Below, piece by piece: positions 1 to 9,914 of a stretch of DNA of 64,000 nucleotides; the stretch's first letter is position 1; every line of letters starts with the position of its first letter. A program made the position numbers and the translations under genes. Origin of the DNA: an uncultured Acidobacteriota bacterium (lineage in GTDB: Bacteria; Acidobacteriota; Thermoanaerobaculia; Multivoradales; SZUA-115); NCBI GenBank assembly GCA_963805975.1, contig CAWDVR010000001.1, positions 1,440,001 to 1,504,000 of the forward strand, in the 5' to 3' direction. Under the pieces are notes generated by a model. That model had not been told where the DNA came from. It saw nothing but the letters and a program-made list of their open reading frames with translations, and made no database searches.

Positions 1-1726
1 CACCATCCCCGCCCTGGTCTTCCTGGCGGGCGGCGTCGAGTTCTTCAACTACTTCAACATCTTCACCATGGCCCTGATCGGCGGCATCCTGGGTGTGCTG
101 TTCATGGTGCCGCTGCGCCGCTCGCTGATCGTCAAGGAGCACGGCACTCTGCCCTACCCCGAGGGCACGGCCTGCGCCGAGCTGCTGATCGCCGGCCAGA
201 AGGGCGGGTCGCTCGCCAGCCGCGTGTTCGCCGGTCTCGGCGTCGGCGCTCTCTACAAGACCCTGATGAGCATCCTCGGGTTGTGGAAAGAGGTGCCGGC
301 CCTGGTCGCCGGCCGTGGCGGGGCCTTTCCGCGCGCCTCGGTGGCCTGCGAGATCACGCCCGAGTACCTCGGCGTGGGCTACATCATCGGCCCCAAGATC
401 GGCGGCGTGCTGGTCGCCGGCGGCGTGCTCACCTATCTGGTCCTGATCCCGCTGGTCGCCTACATCGGCGATTCCCTCGCGGCGGCGATCCCGCCGGGGA
501 TCACCCCCGACCCCGGCGAAGCCCCTTTGCTGATCAGCCAGATGGGCCCCGACGAGATCCGCCTCGGCTACACCCGCTACATCGGCGCCGGCGCGGTGGC
601 GGCCGGCGGCCTCCTGACCCTGATGCGTACCATCCCGACCATCGCCTCCGCGGTCAAGGACAGCTTCAAGAACCTGCAAGACCTCAAGGCGGGCCGCAAC
701 CCCGCGCGCACCGAGCGCGACATCCCGATCACCTACGTCATCGTCGGCTCGCTGATCCTGATGGCCATCATCGCGCTCCTGCCGCAGCTCCCCGGCACCT
801 TCCCGGGCACCCTCTTCATGGGCATCCTGGTGGTGGTCTTCGGTTTCTTCTTCGTCACCGTCAGCTCGCGCATCGTCGGCCTCATCGGCTCCACCTCGAA
901 CCCGATCTCGGGCATGACCATCGCGACTCTGATGGCGACCTGCGCCATCTTCGTGGCCATCGGTTGGACGGGCGACGCCTACCAGGCCATGGCGCTCTGC
1001 GTCGGCGGCATCGTCTGCATCGCCGCCGCCAACGCCGGCAACACCAGCCAGGACCTCAAGACCGGCTACATCCTGGGCGCCACGCCGATCTACCAGCAGC
1101 TCGGCCTGATCGTCGGCGTGCTGGCCTCGGTCTTCGCCGTCGGCTTCACTCTCAACCTGATCGACAGCACGCAACGCCTGAACGGCATCGAGCACGCGAT
1201 CGGCACCACGGCCTACCCGGCGCCGCAGGCGACGCTGATGGCGACCATCATCCAGGGCGTGCTGGCGCAGGACCTCCCCTGGGGCCTGGTGCTGGCCGGG
1301 GCCTTCATCTCGGTGGTGGTCGAGCTGTGCGGCGTGCGCTCGCTGTCCTTCGCGGTCGGCGTGTACCTGCCGCTCTCGACCACGCTGCCGATCTTCCTCG
1401 GCGGCGCGGTGCGCGGCATCTTCGAAAAGGTGAGCGGCAGCAAGCCCGACAACGAGTCCGAGGTCTCGCCGGGCATGCTCTACGCGACGGGCCTGGTGGC
1501 CGGCGGTTCGCTCCTGGGGGTCGCCATCGCCGCCCTCCAGGTGCTCGAGAAGACGGTGATCGTGGACGGCGTCGCCACGCAGGTGCGGCTCTATGACTGG
1601 ATCCTCGACACCGTGGGTGTCCACGGCTTCGAGAGCCTGGGAGGCTGGGCGGACGTGCTCGGCAGCCTGGCGTTCCTGGCGCTGTGCTACCTGCTGTTCA
1701 GGGCGGCGCGGAAGAAGCTGACGTAG
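1..1726 (+). CDS. OPT family oligopeptide transporter (5' truncated by window edge)
   Basis: Frame open from window start; motifs LPYPEGTACAE, NPISGMTIATL, SQDLKTG, PAPQATLM; many hydrophobic segments. Confidence 0.9.
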   Translation, partial: TIPALVFLAGGVEFFNYFNIFTMALIGGILGVLFMVPLRRSLIVKEHGTLPYPEGTACAELLIAGQKGGSLASRVFAGLGVGALYKTLMSILGLWKEVPALVAGRGGAFPRASVACEITPEYLGVGYIIGPKIGGVLVAGGVLTYLVLIPLVAYIGDSLAAAIPPGITPDPGEAPLLISQMGPDEIRLGYTRYIGAGAVAAGGLLTLMRTIPTIASAVKDSFKNLQDLKAGRNPARTERDIPITYVIVGSLILMAIIALLPQLPGTFPGTLFMGILVVVFGFFFVTVSSRIVGLIGSTSNPISGMTIATLMATCAIFVAIGWTGDAYQAMALCVGGIVCIAAANAGNTSQDLKTGYILGATPIYQQLGLIVGVLASVFAVGFTLNLIDSTQRLNGIEHAIGTTAYPAPQATLMATIIQGVLAQDLPWGLVLAGAFISVVVELCGVRSLSFAVGVYLPLSTTLPIFLGGAVRGIFEKVSGSKPDNESEVSPGMLYATGLVAGGSLLGVAIAALQVLEKTVIVDGVATQVRLYDWILDTVGVHGFESLGGWADVLGSLAFLALCYLLFRAARKKLT

Positions 1727-1731
1727 GAGAG

Positions 1732-1851
1732 CCCCTCACCCCTGCCCCTCTCCCCGCTCACGCGGGGCGAGGGGTTCTGAAGCCCGACGCTTTGACGGTC
1801 TCCCCTCCGGTCCCCTCTCCCCGCATGCGGGGAGAGGGCTAGGGTGAGGGG
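1732..1851. repeat. Inverted pair of REP-like palindromes (CCCTCACCC...CCCTCTCCCCG-loop-CGGGG(C/A)GAGGG)
   Basis: Hairpin units at 1732-1774 and 1812-1851 in opposite orientation; the second supplies the epmB C-terminus (PSP-stop); same family at 59533-59655. Confidence 0.85.
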
Positions 1852-2885
1852 TAGACCGGCGTCTTTGCCGGCGCGCCGGCCACTTCCCGCACCAGGCGCG
1901 GCACCAGGTACCCGGGAAGCCGCACCGTCAGCGCGGCCATCAGCCGCACGGCCTCCTTCTCCTCCACCTCGAAGTGGGCCGTGCCCGTCACGCGGTCGAG
2001 GAGGTGGAGGTAGTACGGCAGCACTCCGGTCGCGAACAGGGCCCGCGAGAGATCGGCCAGCGCCTCCACCGAATCGTTCACCCCGCGCAGCAGCACGGCC
2101 TGGTTCAGCAGGGGCACGCCGGCTGCCTTGAAGCGCGCCATGGCCGCGGCGACCTCGGCGTCGATCTCCCGCGCGTGGTTGGCGTGCAGCACGACCACCG
2201 GTGCGAGGCGAGTGCCGGTGAGCCAGGCGAGGAGGTCGTCATCCACCCGCTCTGGGAGCACGACCGGGGTGCGGGTGTGGACCCGGAGCCGTGTCAGGTG
2301 GGGGATCTCGGCGAGCGACTCGGCCAGCCGTGCGAGCCGCGCGTCGGGAAGGAGCAGCGGATCGCCCCCCGAGAGGATCACCTCTTCGATCGTGGGATCG
2401 GCCGCGAGATAGGCCAGCGCCTGCTCGAATCCCGCCGCTGACGCGCCCTGCTCCGCGTACGGGAACTCGCGGCGGAAGCAGTAGCGGCAGTGGACGGCAC
2501 AGGCTCCCGCCGCCACCAGCAGCGCCCGCCCCTGGTACTTGTGGAGCACTCCGGGCACGGCCGCCCAGGCCAGCTCGCCGAGCGGATCAGCGGTGAAGCC
2601 CGGCCTCGCCTCGAGCTCCGCTGCCAAGGGAAGGACCTGGGCGAGCAACGGGTCGCGGAGGTCACCCTTCCGCATGCGCGCAACGAAGCTCCGCGGCACC
2701 CGCAGCGGGAACAGCCGGCCGGCACGGCGCATGCCGTCGAGGAGCCCGTCTGCGCTCGCGGAGGGCAGCTCGAGCAGCACCAGGAGCTCGGCCGGGTCGG
2801 TGACCGCTTGGGCGAGGCTCCGGCGCCACGCCCCCGGCACGGGCCGGGACGTCACCTGCGGATCAGCGGCAGTTCGCGCTATCAT
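1839..2885 (-). CDS. epmB: EF-P beta-lysylation protein EpmB (lysine 2,3-aminomutase, radical SAM)
   Basis: [11 protein letters not shown] motif, [16 protein letters not shown]; divergent from efp; start ATG 2885 chosen. Confidence 0.93.
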   Translation of the reverse strand: MIARTAADPQVTSRPVPGAWRRSLAQAVTDPAELLVLLELPSASADGLLDGMRRAGRLFPLRVPRSFVARMRKGDLRDPLLAQVLPLAAELEARPGFTADPLGELAWAAVPGVLHKYQGRALLVAAGACAVHCRYCFRREFPYAEQGASAAGFEQALAYLAADPTIEEVILSGGDPLLLPDARLARLAESLAEIPHLTRLRVHTRTPVVLPERVDDDLLAWLTGTRLAPVVVLHANHAREIDAEVAAAMARFKAAGVPLLNQAVLLRGVNDSVEALADLSRALFATGVLPYYLHLLDRVTGTAHFEVEEKEAVRLMAALTVRLPGYLVPRLVREVAGAPAKTPVYPSP

Positions 2886-2939
2886 TCCGCGCGCTCCGCG
2901 GCAAACCCCGAGCAGGATGAGCTTTCGAAGAGGATCCCC

Positions 2940-3503
2940 ATGGCGACGTATTACACCAACCAGTTCAAGTCCGGCCTGAAGATTATGATCGATGGCGACC
3001 CCTACACCATCGTCGAGAACGAGATGGTCAAGCCGGGCAAGGGCCAGGCCTTCAACCGCGTCCGGGTCAAGAACCTCAAGACCGGGCGCACCGTCGAGAA
3101 GACCTGGAAGTCCGGCGATTCGGTGGAAGGCGCCGACGTGGTCGAGACCGAGATGCAGTACCTCTACAACGACGGCGAGAAATGGCACTTCATGGTGCCC
3201 TCGACTTACGAGCAGCACGAGGCGGACGAGCTCGTGCTCGGGGATGCCGCGCAGTGGCTCAAGGAGCAGGACATCTGCTACGTGACGCTCTGGGACGGCC
3301 GACCCCTCCTGGTCGTTCCCCCGGCCTTCGTGGTGCTCAAGATCGTCGAGACCGATCCCGGCGTGCGCGGCGACACCTCGAGCGGCGGCACCAAGCCGGC
3401 CAAGCTCGAGACCGGCGCGGTGGTGAAGGTGCCGCTCTTCATCCAGGAAGGCGAGGTCATCCGGGTCGACACCCGCATCGGTGAGTACGTGTCGCGAGCG
3501 TGA
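2940..3503 (+). CDS. efp: Elongation factor P
   Basis: [24 protein letters not shown] (modified-Lys loop), [14 protein letters not shown]. Confidence 0.97.
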   Translation: MATYYTNQFKSGLKIMIDGDPYTIVENEMVKPGKGQAFNRVRVKNLKTGRTVEKTWKSGDSVEGADVVETEMQYLYNDGEKWHFMVPSTYEQHEADELVLGDAAQWLKEQDICYVTLWDGRPLLVVPPAFVVLKIVETDPGVRGDTSSGGTKPAKLETGAVVKVPLFIQEGEVIRVDTRIGEYVSRA

Positions 3504-3516
3504 GCAAGGACCTGTC

Positions 3517-4479
3517 GTGAGCGCGGACTGGCGCCCGTCCGCCTCGTTCGCCAACCTCCGTCTGCGGGCGCAGATCCTGGCGCAGATCCGCGCCTTCTTC
3601 GCCGCCCGCGGGGTGCTCGAGGTGGAGACCCCGGCGCTCTCGGGCGCCACCGTCACCGATCTTCATCTCGCGAGCCTCGAGACGCGCTGCCGGGCCGGGG
3701 CCGCCGGCGAGCGCACGCTCTATCTCCAAACCTCGCCCGAGTTCGCCATGAAGCGGCTGCTGGCCGCCGGCAGCGGGCCCATCTACCAGCTGGCCCGCGC
3801 TTTCCGGGACGGCGAGGCCGGACGCCGCCACAACCCGGAGTTCACCCTCCTCGAGTGGTACCGCCCCGGCCTCGATCACCACGGCCTGATGGACGAGATG
3901 GAGGCCTTGCTGAGCGAGATCCTGGGGACCGGGCCTGCCGTGCGGCTGAGCTATGCGGAGCTGTTCGAGGAGCGGCTGGGCGTCGACCCGCATGCGGCTT
4001 CCCCGCTCGAGCTCGCGGCCGCGGCCCGAGCCGCAGGCCTCGCAGATCCGCTCGACCTCGACCGCGACGGCTGGCTCGACCTGCTGCTCGCCGTGGTGCT
4101 CGAGCCGGGGCTCGGTCGCGGCCGGCCGGCCTTCCTCTACGACTTCCCGGCCAGCCAGGCCGCCCTGGCGCGGGTGCGGCCCGGGCCGCCGGCCGTCGCC
4201 GAGCGTTTCGAGGTCTTCGTCGAGGGCGTGGAGCTCGCCAACGGCTTCCACGAGCTGGCCGACCCAGCCGAGCAGCGGCGGCGCTTCGAGCGCGACCTCG
4301 AGCGCCGCCGCGAGCGCGGCCTGCCCGCGGTTCCGATCGACGAGCATCTGCTCGCAGCCCTCGCCGCCGGCCTGCCGCCGTGCGCCGGCGTGGCGCTCGG
4401 AGTCGACCGCCTGGTGATGCTGGCCGCAGGTGCCTCGTCGCTCGCGGAGGTGCTCGCCTTCCCCGTCGACCGCGCCTGA
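3517..4479 (+). CDS. epmA: EF-P lysine aminoacylase EpmA (GenX/PoxA)
   Basis: LQTSPEFAMKRLLAAG, HNPEFTLLEWYR, ELANGFHEL, GVALGVDRL; GTG 3517 after AAGGA. Confidence 0.95.
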   Translation: MSADWRPSASFANLRLRAQILAQIRAFFAARGVLEVETPALSGATVTDLHLASLETRCRAGAAGERTLYLQTSPEFAMKRLLAAGSGPIYQLARAFRDGEAGRRHNPEFTLLEWYRPGLDHHGLMDEMEALLSEILGTGPAVRLSYAELFEERLGVDPHAASPLELAAAARAAGLADPLDLDRDGWLDLLLAVVLEPGLGRGRPAFLYDFPASQAALARVRPGPPAVAERFEVFVEGVELANGFHELADPAEQRRRFERDLERRRERGLPAVPIDEHLLAALAAGLPPCAGVALGVDRLVMLAAGASSLAEVLAFPVDRA

Positions 4480-4574
4480 GAGCGTGCTATCCTTCTGGTT
4501 CCAGTAAACGACAGGAAACAGTGGTTCGCGGGCGTCCGCCGGGGGCACTCGCCCGCCTCGTCCAGGAGGTAGAC

Positions 4575-6653
4575 ATGGAGATCGGGAAGCAGTCTCGCTG
4601 GCTCAAGCTGATGCTCGTCCTGGCGCTCGCGGCGTGGCCCGCGCTGGCGCAGGAGGAAGCTCCGCCGCCGGAGGACACGGCGGCCCAGGAAGAGGAGTCG
4701 ACGACCGTCGAGGACATCATCGTCGTCACCGCCTCCAACGCCGAGCAGCGCCTGCAGGACGCGCCGGCTACCATGACAGTGATCACCGGCGAGGAGCTCG
4801 AGTTGGCGCCTGCCGACGACTACGGCGACGTGCTGCGCAACGTACCCGGCCTCAACGTGTCGCAGATGAGCGCCCGCGACATCCAGATTACCGGCCGCTC
4901 CTCCACCAACAGCCTGGCGGCGAGCGAGCTGGTGCTGCTCGACGGACGCTCCGTGTACCTCGACTTTTTCGGCTTCGTGATGTGGGACCTCCTGCCCATC
5001 AACCCGCGCGAGATCAAGCAGATCGAGGTGGTGCGCGGTCCGGGGAGCGCGGTCTGGGGCGCCAACGCCCTGACCGGCGTCATCAACCTGATCACCAAGA
5101 CCCCGCGCGAGTCGGCCGGCGGTGCCGTGCAGTTCGGCGCCGGTGAGCTCGGCACCCTCTACGGCAGCGCGAGCTACGCCGCGGCCGGCGAGAAGGCGGC
5201 CTTCAAGGTGATGGGCGCCTACTACGAGCAGGACGCCTATGACCGCCCGACCGGCATCATCCCCGGCACCAACACCCCCTATCCGCCCTTCGAGAACCAG
5301 GGAACGGAGCAGCCCAAGCTCGACCTGCGGGTGGACCTCGACCAGGACCCCAGCTCCGTCTGGACCTTCGGCGCCGGCACGGCGGGCACCGACGGCATCA
5401 TCCACTCCGGCATCGGGCCCTTCGACATCGAGAAGGGCACCAAGATGAGCTACGCCAAGGTCGGCTGGATGCGGGAGACGATGCGCGCCGGCTTCTTCAC
5501 CAACATCCTCGACGGCGAGGCGGACAACCTCCTGACCGTGGGCGCCGACGGCCGGCCGATCAAGCTCGGTTTCGACAGCAAGACCTACAACCTCGACTTC
5601 TCGAACGTCAGTCTGGTCGGGCAGAGCAACGTCCTCACCTACGGCGCCAACGCCCGCCACAACACCTTCGACCTGACGATCGCGCCGGAAGGCGACAACC
5701 GCGACGAGTACGGCGTCTTCCTCCAGGACGAGATCCTCTTCGGCCTCAAGGCCCGCTGGCTGATCGGCGGCCGGCTGGACAACATCGACCCGATCGGCAA
5801 CGTGTTCTCGCCGCGCACCAGCCTCGCCTTCACGCCCTCCGGCAACCACACCTTCCGCCTGTCGTACAACCGCGCCTTCAAGTCGCCGTCGCTGATCCAG
5901 AACTACCTCGACATCACCATCGTGAACCTCGTGAACCTGCCGACCGGCCCCTACATCTTCCCGTCGGTGGCGCAGGGCAACGAAGACTTGAAGGAAGAGC
6001 GGCTCGACGCCTACGAGGTCGGCTACGTCGGCACCTTCGGCCGCACCACCTTCTCGCTCGCGGTCTACCACAACGAGACCAAGGACTCGCAGGACTTCTA
6101 CACCGCCGGCACCTACACCGCGGCCAACCCGCCGCCGCGTTTCCCGCTGCCGCCCTTCGTGCTCGCCATCCCGCCGCCGCAGGGCCTGGCGGGCGTGCTG
6201 CCGTCCAGGTTCTCGTACCGCAACATCGGCCAGACCACCGACGAGGGCGTCGAGGCGTCGCTGATGTACCGCTCCACCCTGCCGTGGTCCTGGTCGCTCA
6301 ACTACTCCTACCAGGCCGACCCCGAGGTGGAGGGCATCCCCCGCGAGCAGATCAACACCCCGCCGCGCCATCGCGCCAACATGAGCCTGGGGTACAACGG
6401 CGACCTGTTCTTCACCAGCGGCAACGTCAACTACCAGGACGAGGCGTTCTGGACCGACGTGCTGGACTCTCGCTTCCACGGCCCCACGGAAGAATTCACC
6501 CAGGTCAACCTCACCGTGGGTGTGCGGCTGCTCAACGACCGTCTCCAGCTCTCGGTGATCGGCAGCAACATCTTCGACGAGGAAGTGCAGCAGCACATTT
6601 TCGGCGACCTCATCAGCCGCAAGATCAGCGGCCAGATCCTGTGGAGCTTCTGA
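4575..6653 (+). CDS. TonB-dependent receptor
   Basis: AGGAGG RBS, signal peptide, IVVTAS, plug motif IEVVRGPGSAVWGANALTGVINLIT, terminal Phe. Confidence 0.92.
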   Translation: MEIGKQSRWLKLMLVLALAAWPALAQEEAPPPEDTAAQEEESTTVEDIIVVTASNAEQRLQDAPATMTVITGEELELAPADDYGDVLRNVPGLNVSQMSARDIQITGRSSTNSLAASELVLLDGRSVYLDFFGFVMWDLLPINPREIKQIEVVRGPGSAVWGANALTGVINLITKTPRESAGGAVQFGAGELGTLYGSASYAAAGEKAAFKVMGAYYEQDAYDRPTGIIPGTNTPYPPFENQGTEQPKLDLRVDLDQDPSSVWTFGAGTAGTDGIIHSGIGPFDIEKGTKMSYAKVGWMRETMRAGFFTNILDGEADNLLTVGADGRPIKLGFDSKTYNLDFSNVSLVGQSNVLTYGANARHNTFDLTIAPEGDNRDEYGVFLQDEILFGLKARWLIGGRLDNIDPIGNVFSPRTSLAFTPSGNHTFRLSYNRAFKSPSLIQNYLDITIVNLVNLPTGPYIFPSVAQGNEDLKEERLDAYEVGYVGTFGRTTFSLAVYHNETKDSQDFYTAGTYTAANPPPRFPLPPFVLAIPPPQGLAGVLPSRFSYRNIGQTTDEGVEASLMYRSTLPWSWSLNYSYQADPEVEGIPREQINTPPRHRANMSLGYNGDLFFTSGNVNYQDEAFWTDVLDSRFHGPTEEFTQVNLTVGVRLLNDRLQLSVIGSNIFDEEVQQHIFGDLISRKISGQILWSF

Positions 6654-6666
6654 TCCCGCCCTGCAC

Positions 6667-6720
6667 CTAGTCCAAGACGGCCGTCTCCCCCACCTTCAGC
6701 ACCTGGAGGCGGCGGCCGGC
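6667..6720 (-). repeat. Diverged copy of the 3' end of the MBL-fold gene
   Basis: Encodes AGRRLQVLKVGETAVLD* versus DGRRLQVLRVGETGELD* at 7463-7516; the two copies flank the TA pair. Confidence 0.8.
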
Positions 6721-6734
6721 GCGGGGGCCTTGGG

Positions 6735-7079
6735 TCAGCTCGGTTCTTCCCGCTCCACCAGCGGCTCCAACACGGTAAGCACCTCGTCGGCGTGCCGCTC
6801 AGCCACCTGCCACACACGGTCCCAGTCGATCTTCTCGTAACCGTGGATCAGCCGGTCGCGCATCCCGGCCAAAGCCTGCCAGGGGACCTCGGGATGAGCG
6901 GCTCGAAACTCGGAAGAGAGCCGCTTCGTCGCCTCGCCAATGACCTCGATCTTCCGTACAACAGCCGAACGCACCAACTCGTTTGCAAAAAACTCATCTC
7001 TCGTCATCTCGCCGGTAAAGACGTGGATATCCCGACAAGCCAGGACGATGTCGAGCGCCCAGCCGAGATCACGCTGCAT
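6735..7079 (-). CDS. HepT/DUF86-like HEPN ribonuclease toxin
   Basis: AVVRKIEVIGEA and GMRDRLIHGY (Rx4H) motifs; 114 aa. Confidence 0.9.
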   Translation of the reverse strand: MQRDLGWALDIVLACRDIHVFTGEMTRDEFFANELVRSAVVRKIEVIGEATKRLSSEFRAAHPEVPWQALAGMRDRLIHGYEKIDWDRVWQVAERHADEVLTVLEPLVEREEPS

Positions 7080-7413
7080 AGAGGAGCTGTGCGCTCTCGA
7101 GGATCGAGCGCCGGCGGATCCAGTTGCGGCTTTCCTCGACTGCCTGCCGGCTGACGAGGTCTACCTTGCGCCCGAGAAGGCGGGACAGGTCTTCCTCAAG
7201 CGCCTGGTAGTGCCCCGCCCACGGCTTCTCGGCACCTAGCTCGAAGACCACGAGGAAGTCCACGTCGCTGTCGGTTCGGAAATCTGGGCCCAGAACGGAG
7301 CCGAAGGCATACAGCTCACGAACCCCATGCTTGCGACACAGGGCTCGAATCTCCTCGCCGGAGAGGCGGAGGGAGTTCGCGGGATCGATGGGCTCGGAGT
7401 GAGGTTGCGGCAT
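7069..7413 (-). CDS. Minimal nucleotidyltransferase (MNT) antitoxin
   Basis: FGSV...DSDVDFLV, GRKVDLV; overlaps the HEPN gene. Confidence 0.9.
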   Translation of the reverse strand: MPQPHSEPIDPANSLRLSGEEIRALCRKHGVRELYAFGSVLGPDFRTDSDVDFLVVFELGAEKPWAGHYQALEEDLSRLLGRKVDLVSRQAVEESRNWIRRRSILESAQLLYAA

Positions 7414-7462
7414 CTGTGCGCTCCTGGCCTGTATTCTACGGCCGTCCTTTCTCGCCGCGCCT

Positions 7463-8397
7463 TCAGTCGAGCTCGCCCGTCTCCCCTACCCTCAACACCT
7501 GGAGGCGGCGGCCGTCTGTCGGCCCTTCTCTCTCCCACCAGGTTCGTAGGCGATCGGCAGGCTCGGATATCGGCTCGTCGGTGAGCTGGAAGGCGCCCCA
7601 GTGCGTGGGAACAAGGTTCCGGGCACCGAGGGTGAGGAAGGCGCGGCCGGCCTCCTCCGGGTTCATGTGGTTGCTCCCCATGAACCAGCCGGGCTCATAG
7701 CCGCCGATCGGCAGCAGGGCCGCGGCGAGGTCGGGGAAGCGGCTGGCCGATCTCGGCGAAGCCCGCAGAAGTCTGCCGTGTCTCCCGCGTGGTAGACCCC
7801 CTGCCCACCACCTTCGATCACGAATCCGCCCCACCAGGAACGGTTCACGTCACCCGGTACGCGGTGCGACCAGTGCCGGGCCGGTACGAGAGTGATGCGG
7901 AGCGAGCCGAGCTCGGCCGCCTGCCACCAGCCGAGCTCCCGCACCTCGCGGAAGCCACGGCGGCGGAGCCAGGCCCCGAGCCCGAGCGGCACGACAGCCG
8001 GTAGCGGCTGGGCGAGCGCTGCCAGCGACGGCGCGTCGAGGTGGTCGTAGTGGTTGTGGGAGACGAGGACGGTCGTGAGGCGCGGCAACTGCTCGGGACC
8101 GAGCCCCGCTGCCCCGTGACGTGGGTAGAGCCAGCCGATGCGGCGCGAGAACACCGGGTCGATCAGCACGTGCTCGCCGCCCAGCGAGACGAGGAACGAA
8201 GAGTGACCAATCCAGGTGACGCGCGGCACCGGCGAGGCCGAGTGGATCCGTGCGAGGTCCGGCTCGACGCTCGGCGCGGGTGGGCCGGGCGGCGCGATGC
8301 GGCGGCGGCCGGTGAGCCGGTCCCACACGCCCCAGCGCAGCACCGCGCCCAGGCCCTGGGGACGGTGCGTCGGATCAAGGTTGGAGAAGCGAGGCAT
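7463..8397 (-). CDS. MBL-fold hydrolase (NAPE-PLD/RomA-like), frameshifted near 7745-7770
   Basis: TWIGHS, SHNHYDHLD, PARHWS and HAGDT in one frame; PIGGYEP, HMNPEEA and PTHWG in another. Confidence 0.82.
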
Positions 8398-8481
8398 GGT
8401 CGGCTAGAGGGTAGCATCGCCGGGCTGCCCCACTCCTGAGCCGGCCGCCGCCCGATCTCGCGAGCTACAATCCCGCCCGCC

Positions 8482-9207
8482 ATGCACCTGACGATCGATC
8501 CTCTCGTGCTCGACCGCTTCCCCGGCGTGGTGCTGGGCGTGGTCGTGGCTCGCGGCGTGGACAACTCGGGCGCCAGCCCCGAGGCCACCACCCTGCTGCG
8601 TGCGGCCGAGGCCGGGCTCGCGGCACGCTTCGGTTCCACCCCGGTTCCCGAGCACCCGGCGATCGCGCCCTGGCGGGAGGCCTACCGCGCCTTCGGCGCC
8701 AAGCCCAAGGACCACCCCTCGTCGATCGAGAACCTCGTCCGCCGCGTGCTCAAGGGCAACCCGCTGCCCACGATCAATCCACTCGTCGATCTCTACAACG
8801 CGATCTCGCTCGAATTCCTCTTGCCGGTGGGGGGCGAGGATCTGGATTCGCTCTGTGGTGACCTCTGCCTCACCTTCGCCAGCGAGATGGAACCCACCGT
8901 GCGCCTGCTGGGCGAGGCCGAGGAGAGGGCACCCAAGCCGGGTGAGGTGATCTATAGGGACGACCTTGGCGCCGTCTGCCGGCGCTGGAACTGGAAAGAG
9001 GCCGAACGCACCAAGCTGACGGCGGAGACGAGGAACGCGGTGCTGGTGCTCGAGGCGCTGCCGCCCGTCGAGCGGTCGGTCCTCGAGGCCGCGACTGGCC
9101 GCCTACGCGATCTCGTCGCGCGTCATTGCGGCGGCGAGGTGCGAGCGGCCCTCATCGACCACGACTACCCGAGCGCCCACCTCGGCGCTCAGGGCACGAA
9201 GCGGTAG
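8482..9207 (+). CDS. B3/B4 domain protein (PheRS-beta-like editing domain)
   Basis: WREAYRAFG, SSIENLVRR, INPLVDLYNAIS, CRRWNW. Confidence 0.88.
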   Translation: MHLTIDPLVLDRFPGVVLGVVVARGVDNSGASPEATTLLRAAEAGLAARFGSTPVPEHPAIAPWREAYRAFGAKPKDHPSSIENLVRRVLKGNPLPTINPLVDLYNAISLEFLLPVGGEDLDSLCGDLCLTFASEMEPTVRLLGEAEERAPKPGEVIYRDDLGAVCRRWNWKEAERTKLTAETRNAVLVLEALPPVERSVLEAATGRLRDLVARHCGGEVRAALIDHDYPSAHLGAQGTKR

Positions 9208-9914
9208 CCCACGCCGCGCACTGACAGGATGTGCCGCGGGCGCCAGGCGTCTTCTTCGAAGGCACGGCGCAGGGAGACGATCACGTTGTCCACCACTCGC
9301 GTGTTGGGGTGGTTGGGAAGCTCCCAGACCTCGGCCAGGAGCTCGCGGCGGTCGATCACCTGCTGCGGCCGCGCGGCGAAGACCTTCATCACCGCGACTT
9401 CCTTCTTCGACAGCTCGACGATACCGGCACGGGTCTGCGCCTCGAAGGTGTCGAAGTCCACCCAGTAGTCACCGAACGAGAGGCGGCCGGCGACCGCTTC
9501 CGGTGTCCCCGGCGCCGAGGCCGCCTCGGCCTCGCGCGACCAGGCGCGGCGGCGCAGCAGGCCCTCCACCCGCGCCAGGAGCTGCTCGAGGTCGAAGGGC
9601 TTGACCACGTAGTCGTCGGCGCCGAGCTTGAGACCATTGACCACGTCGTCCGGCTGGCTCCGGGCGGTGAGCATCAAGATGGGAGTGAAGTTGCGCTCGT
9701 GGCGCAAGCGCCGGCAGACCTCGAAGCCGTCGACCTCGGGCAGGCGCACGTCGAGGAGGATCAGGTCGTAGCGTTCGCCTCGGACCTTGTCGAGCGCCTC
9801 GCGCCCGTCGCGCGCCAGGTCTACCTCGTAGGCCTTGAGCTCCAGGTTGAGCACCAGGCCGGCGGCGAGCGCCTCCTCGTCCTCCACCACCAGCACGCGC
9901 GCGCGGTCGCTCAC
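9189..9914 (-). CDS. OmpR-family response regulator
   Basis: VLVVEDE, LLDVRLP, GADDYVVKPF, SVRGVGYRF; GTGA overlap with the kinase stop. Confidence 0.93.
   Translation of the reverse strand: MSDRARVLVVEDEEALAAGLVLNLELKAYEVDLARDGREALDKVRGERYDLILLDVRLPEVDGFEVCRRLRHERNFTPILMLTARSQPDDVVNGLKLGADDYVVKPFDLEQLLARVEGLLRRRAWSREAEAASAPGTPEAVAGRLSFGDYWVDFDTFEAQTRAGIVELSKKEVAVMKVFAARPQQVIDRRELLAEVWELPNHPNTRVVDNVIVSLRRAFEEDAWRPRHILSVRGVGYRFVP

Noticed and set aside
2886-3656. Long N-terminal extension of epmB overlapping efp (and similar extensions of the TBDR, response regulator, ribE, roadblock, CHAT, M23 and pyrC ORFs)
   Set aside because: Open-frame run-on typical of high-GC DNA; homology and RBS begin at later starts.
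4137-6596. Long antisense ORFs (also 14856-16871, 19511-21355, 29997-32033, 34550-36808, 44405-45880)
   Set aside because: Shadow frames of GC3-rich genes with no protein motifs.
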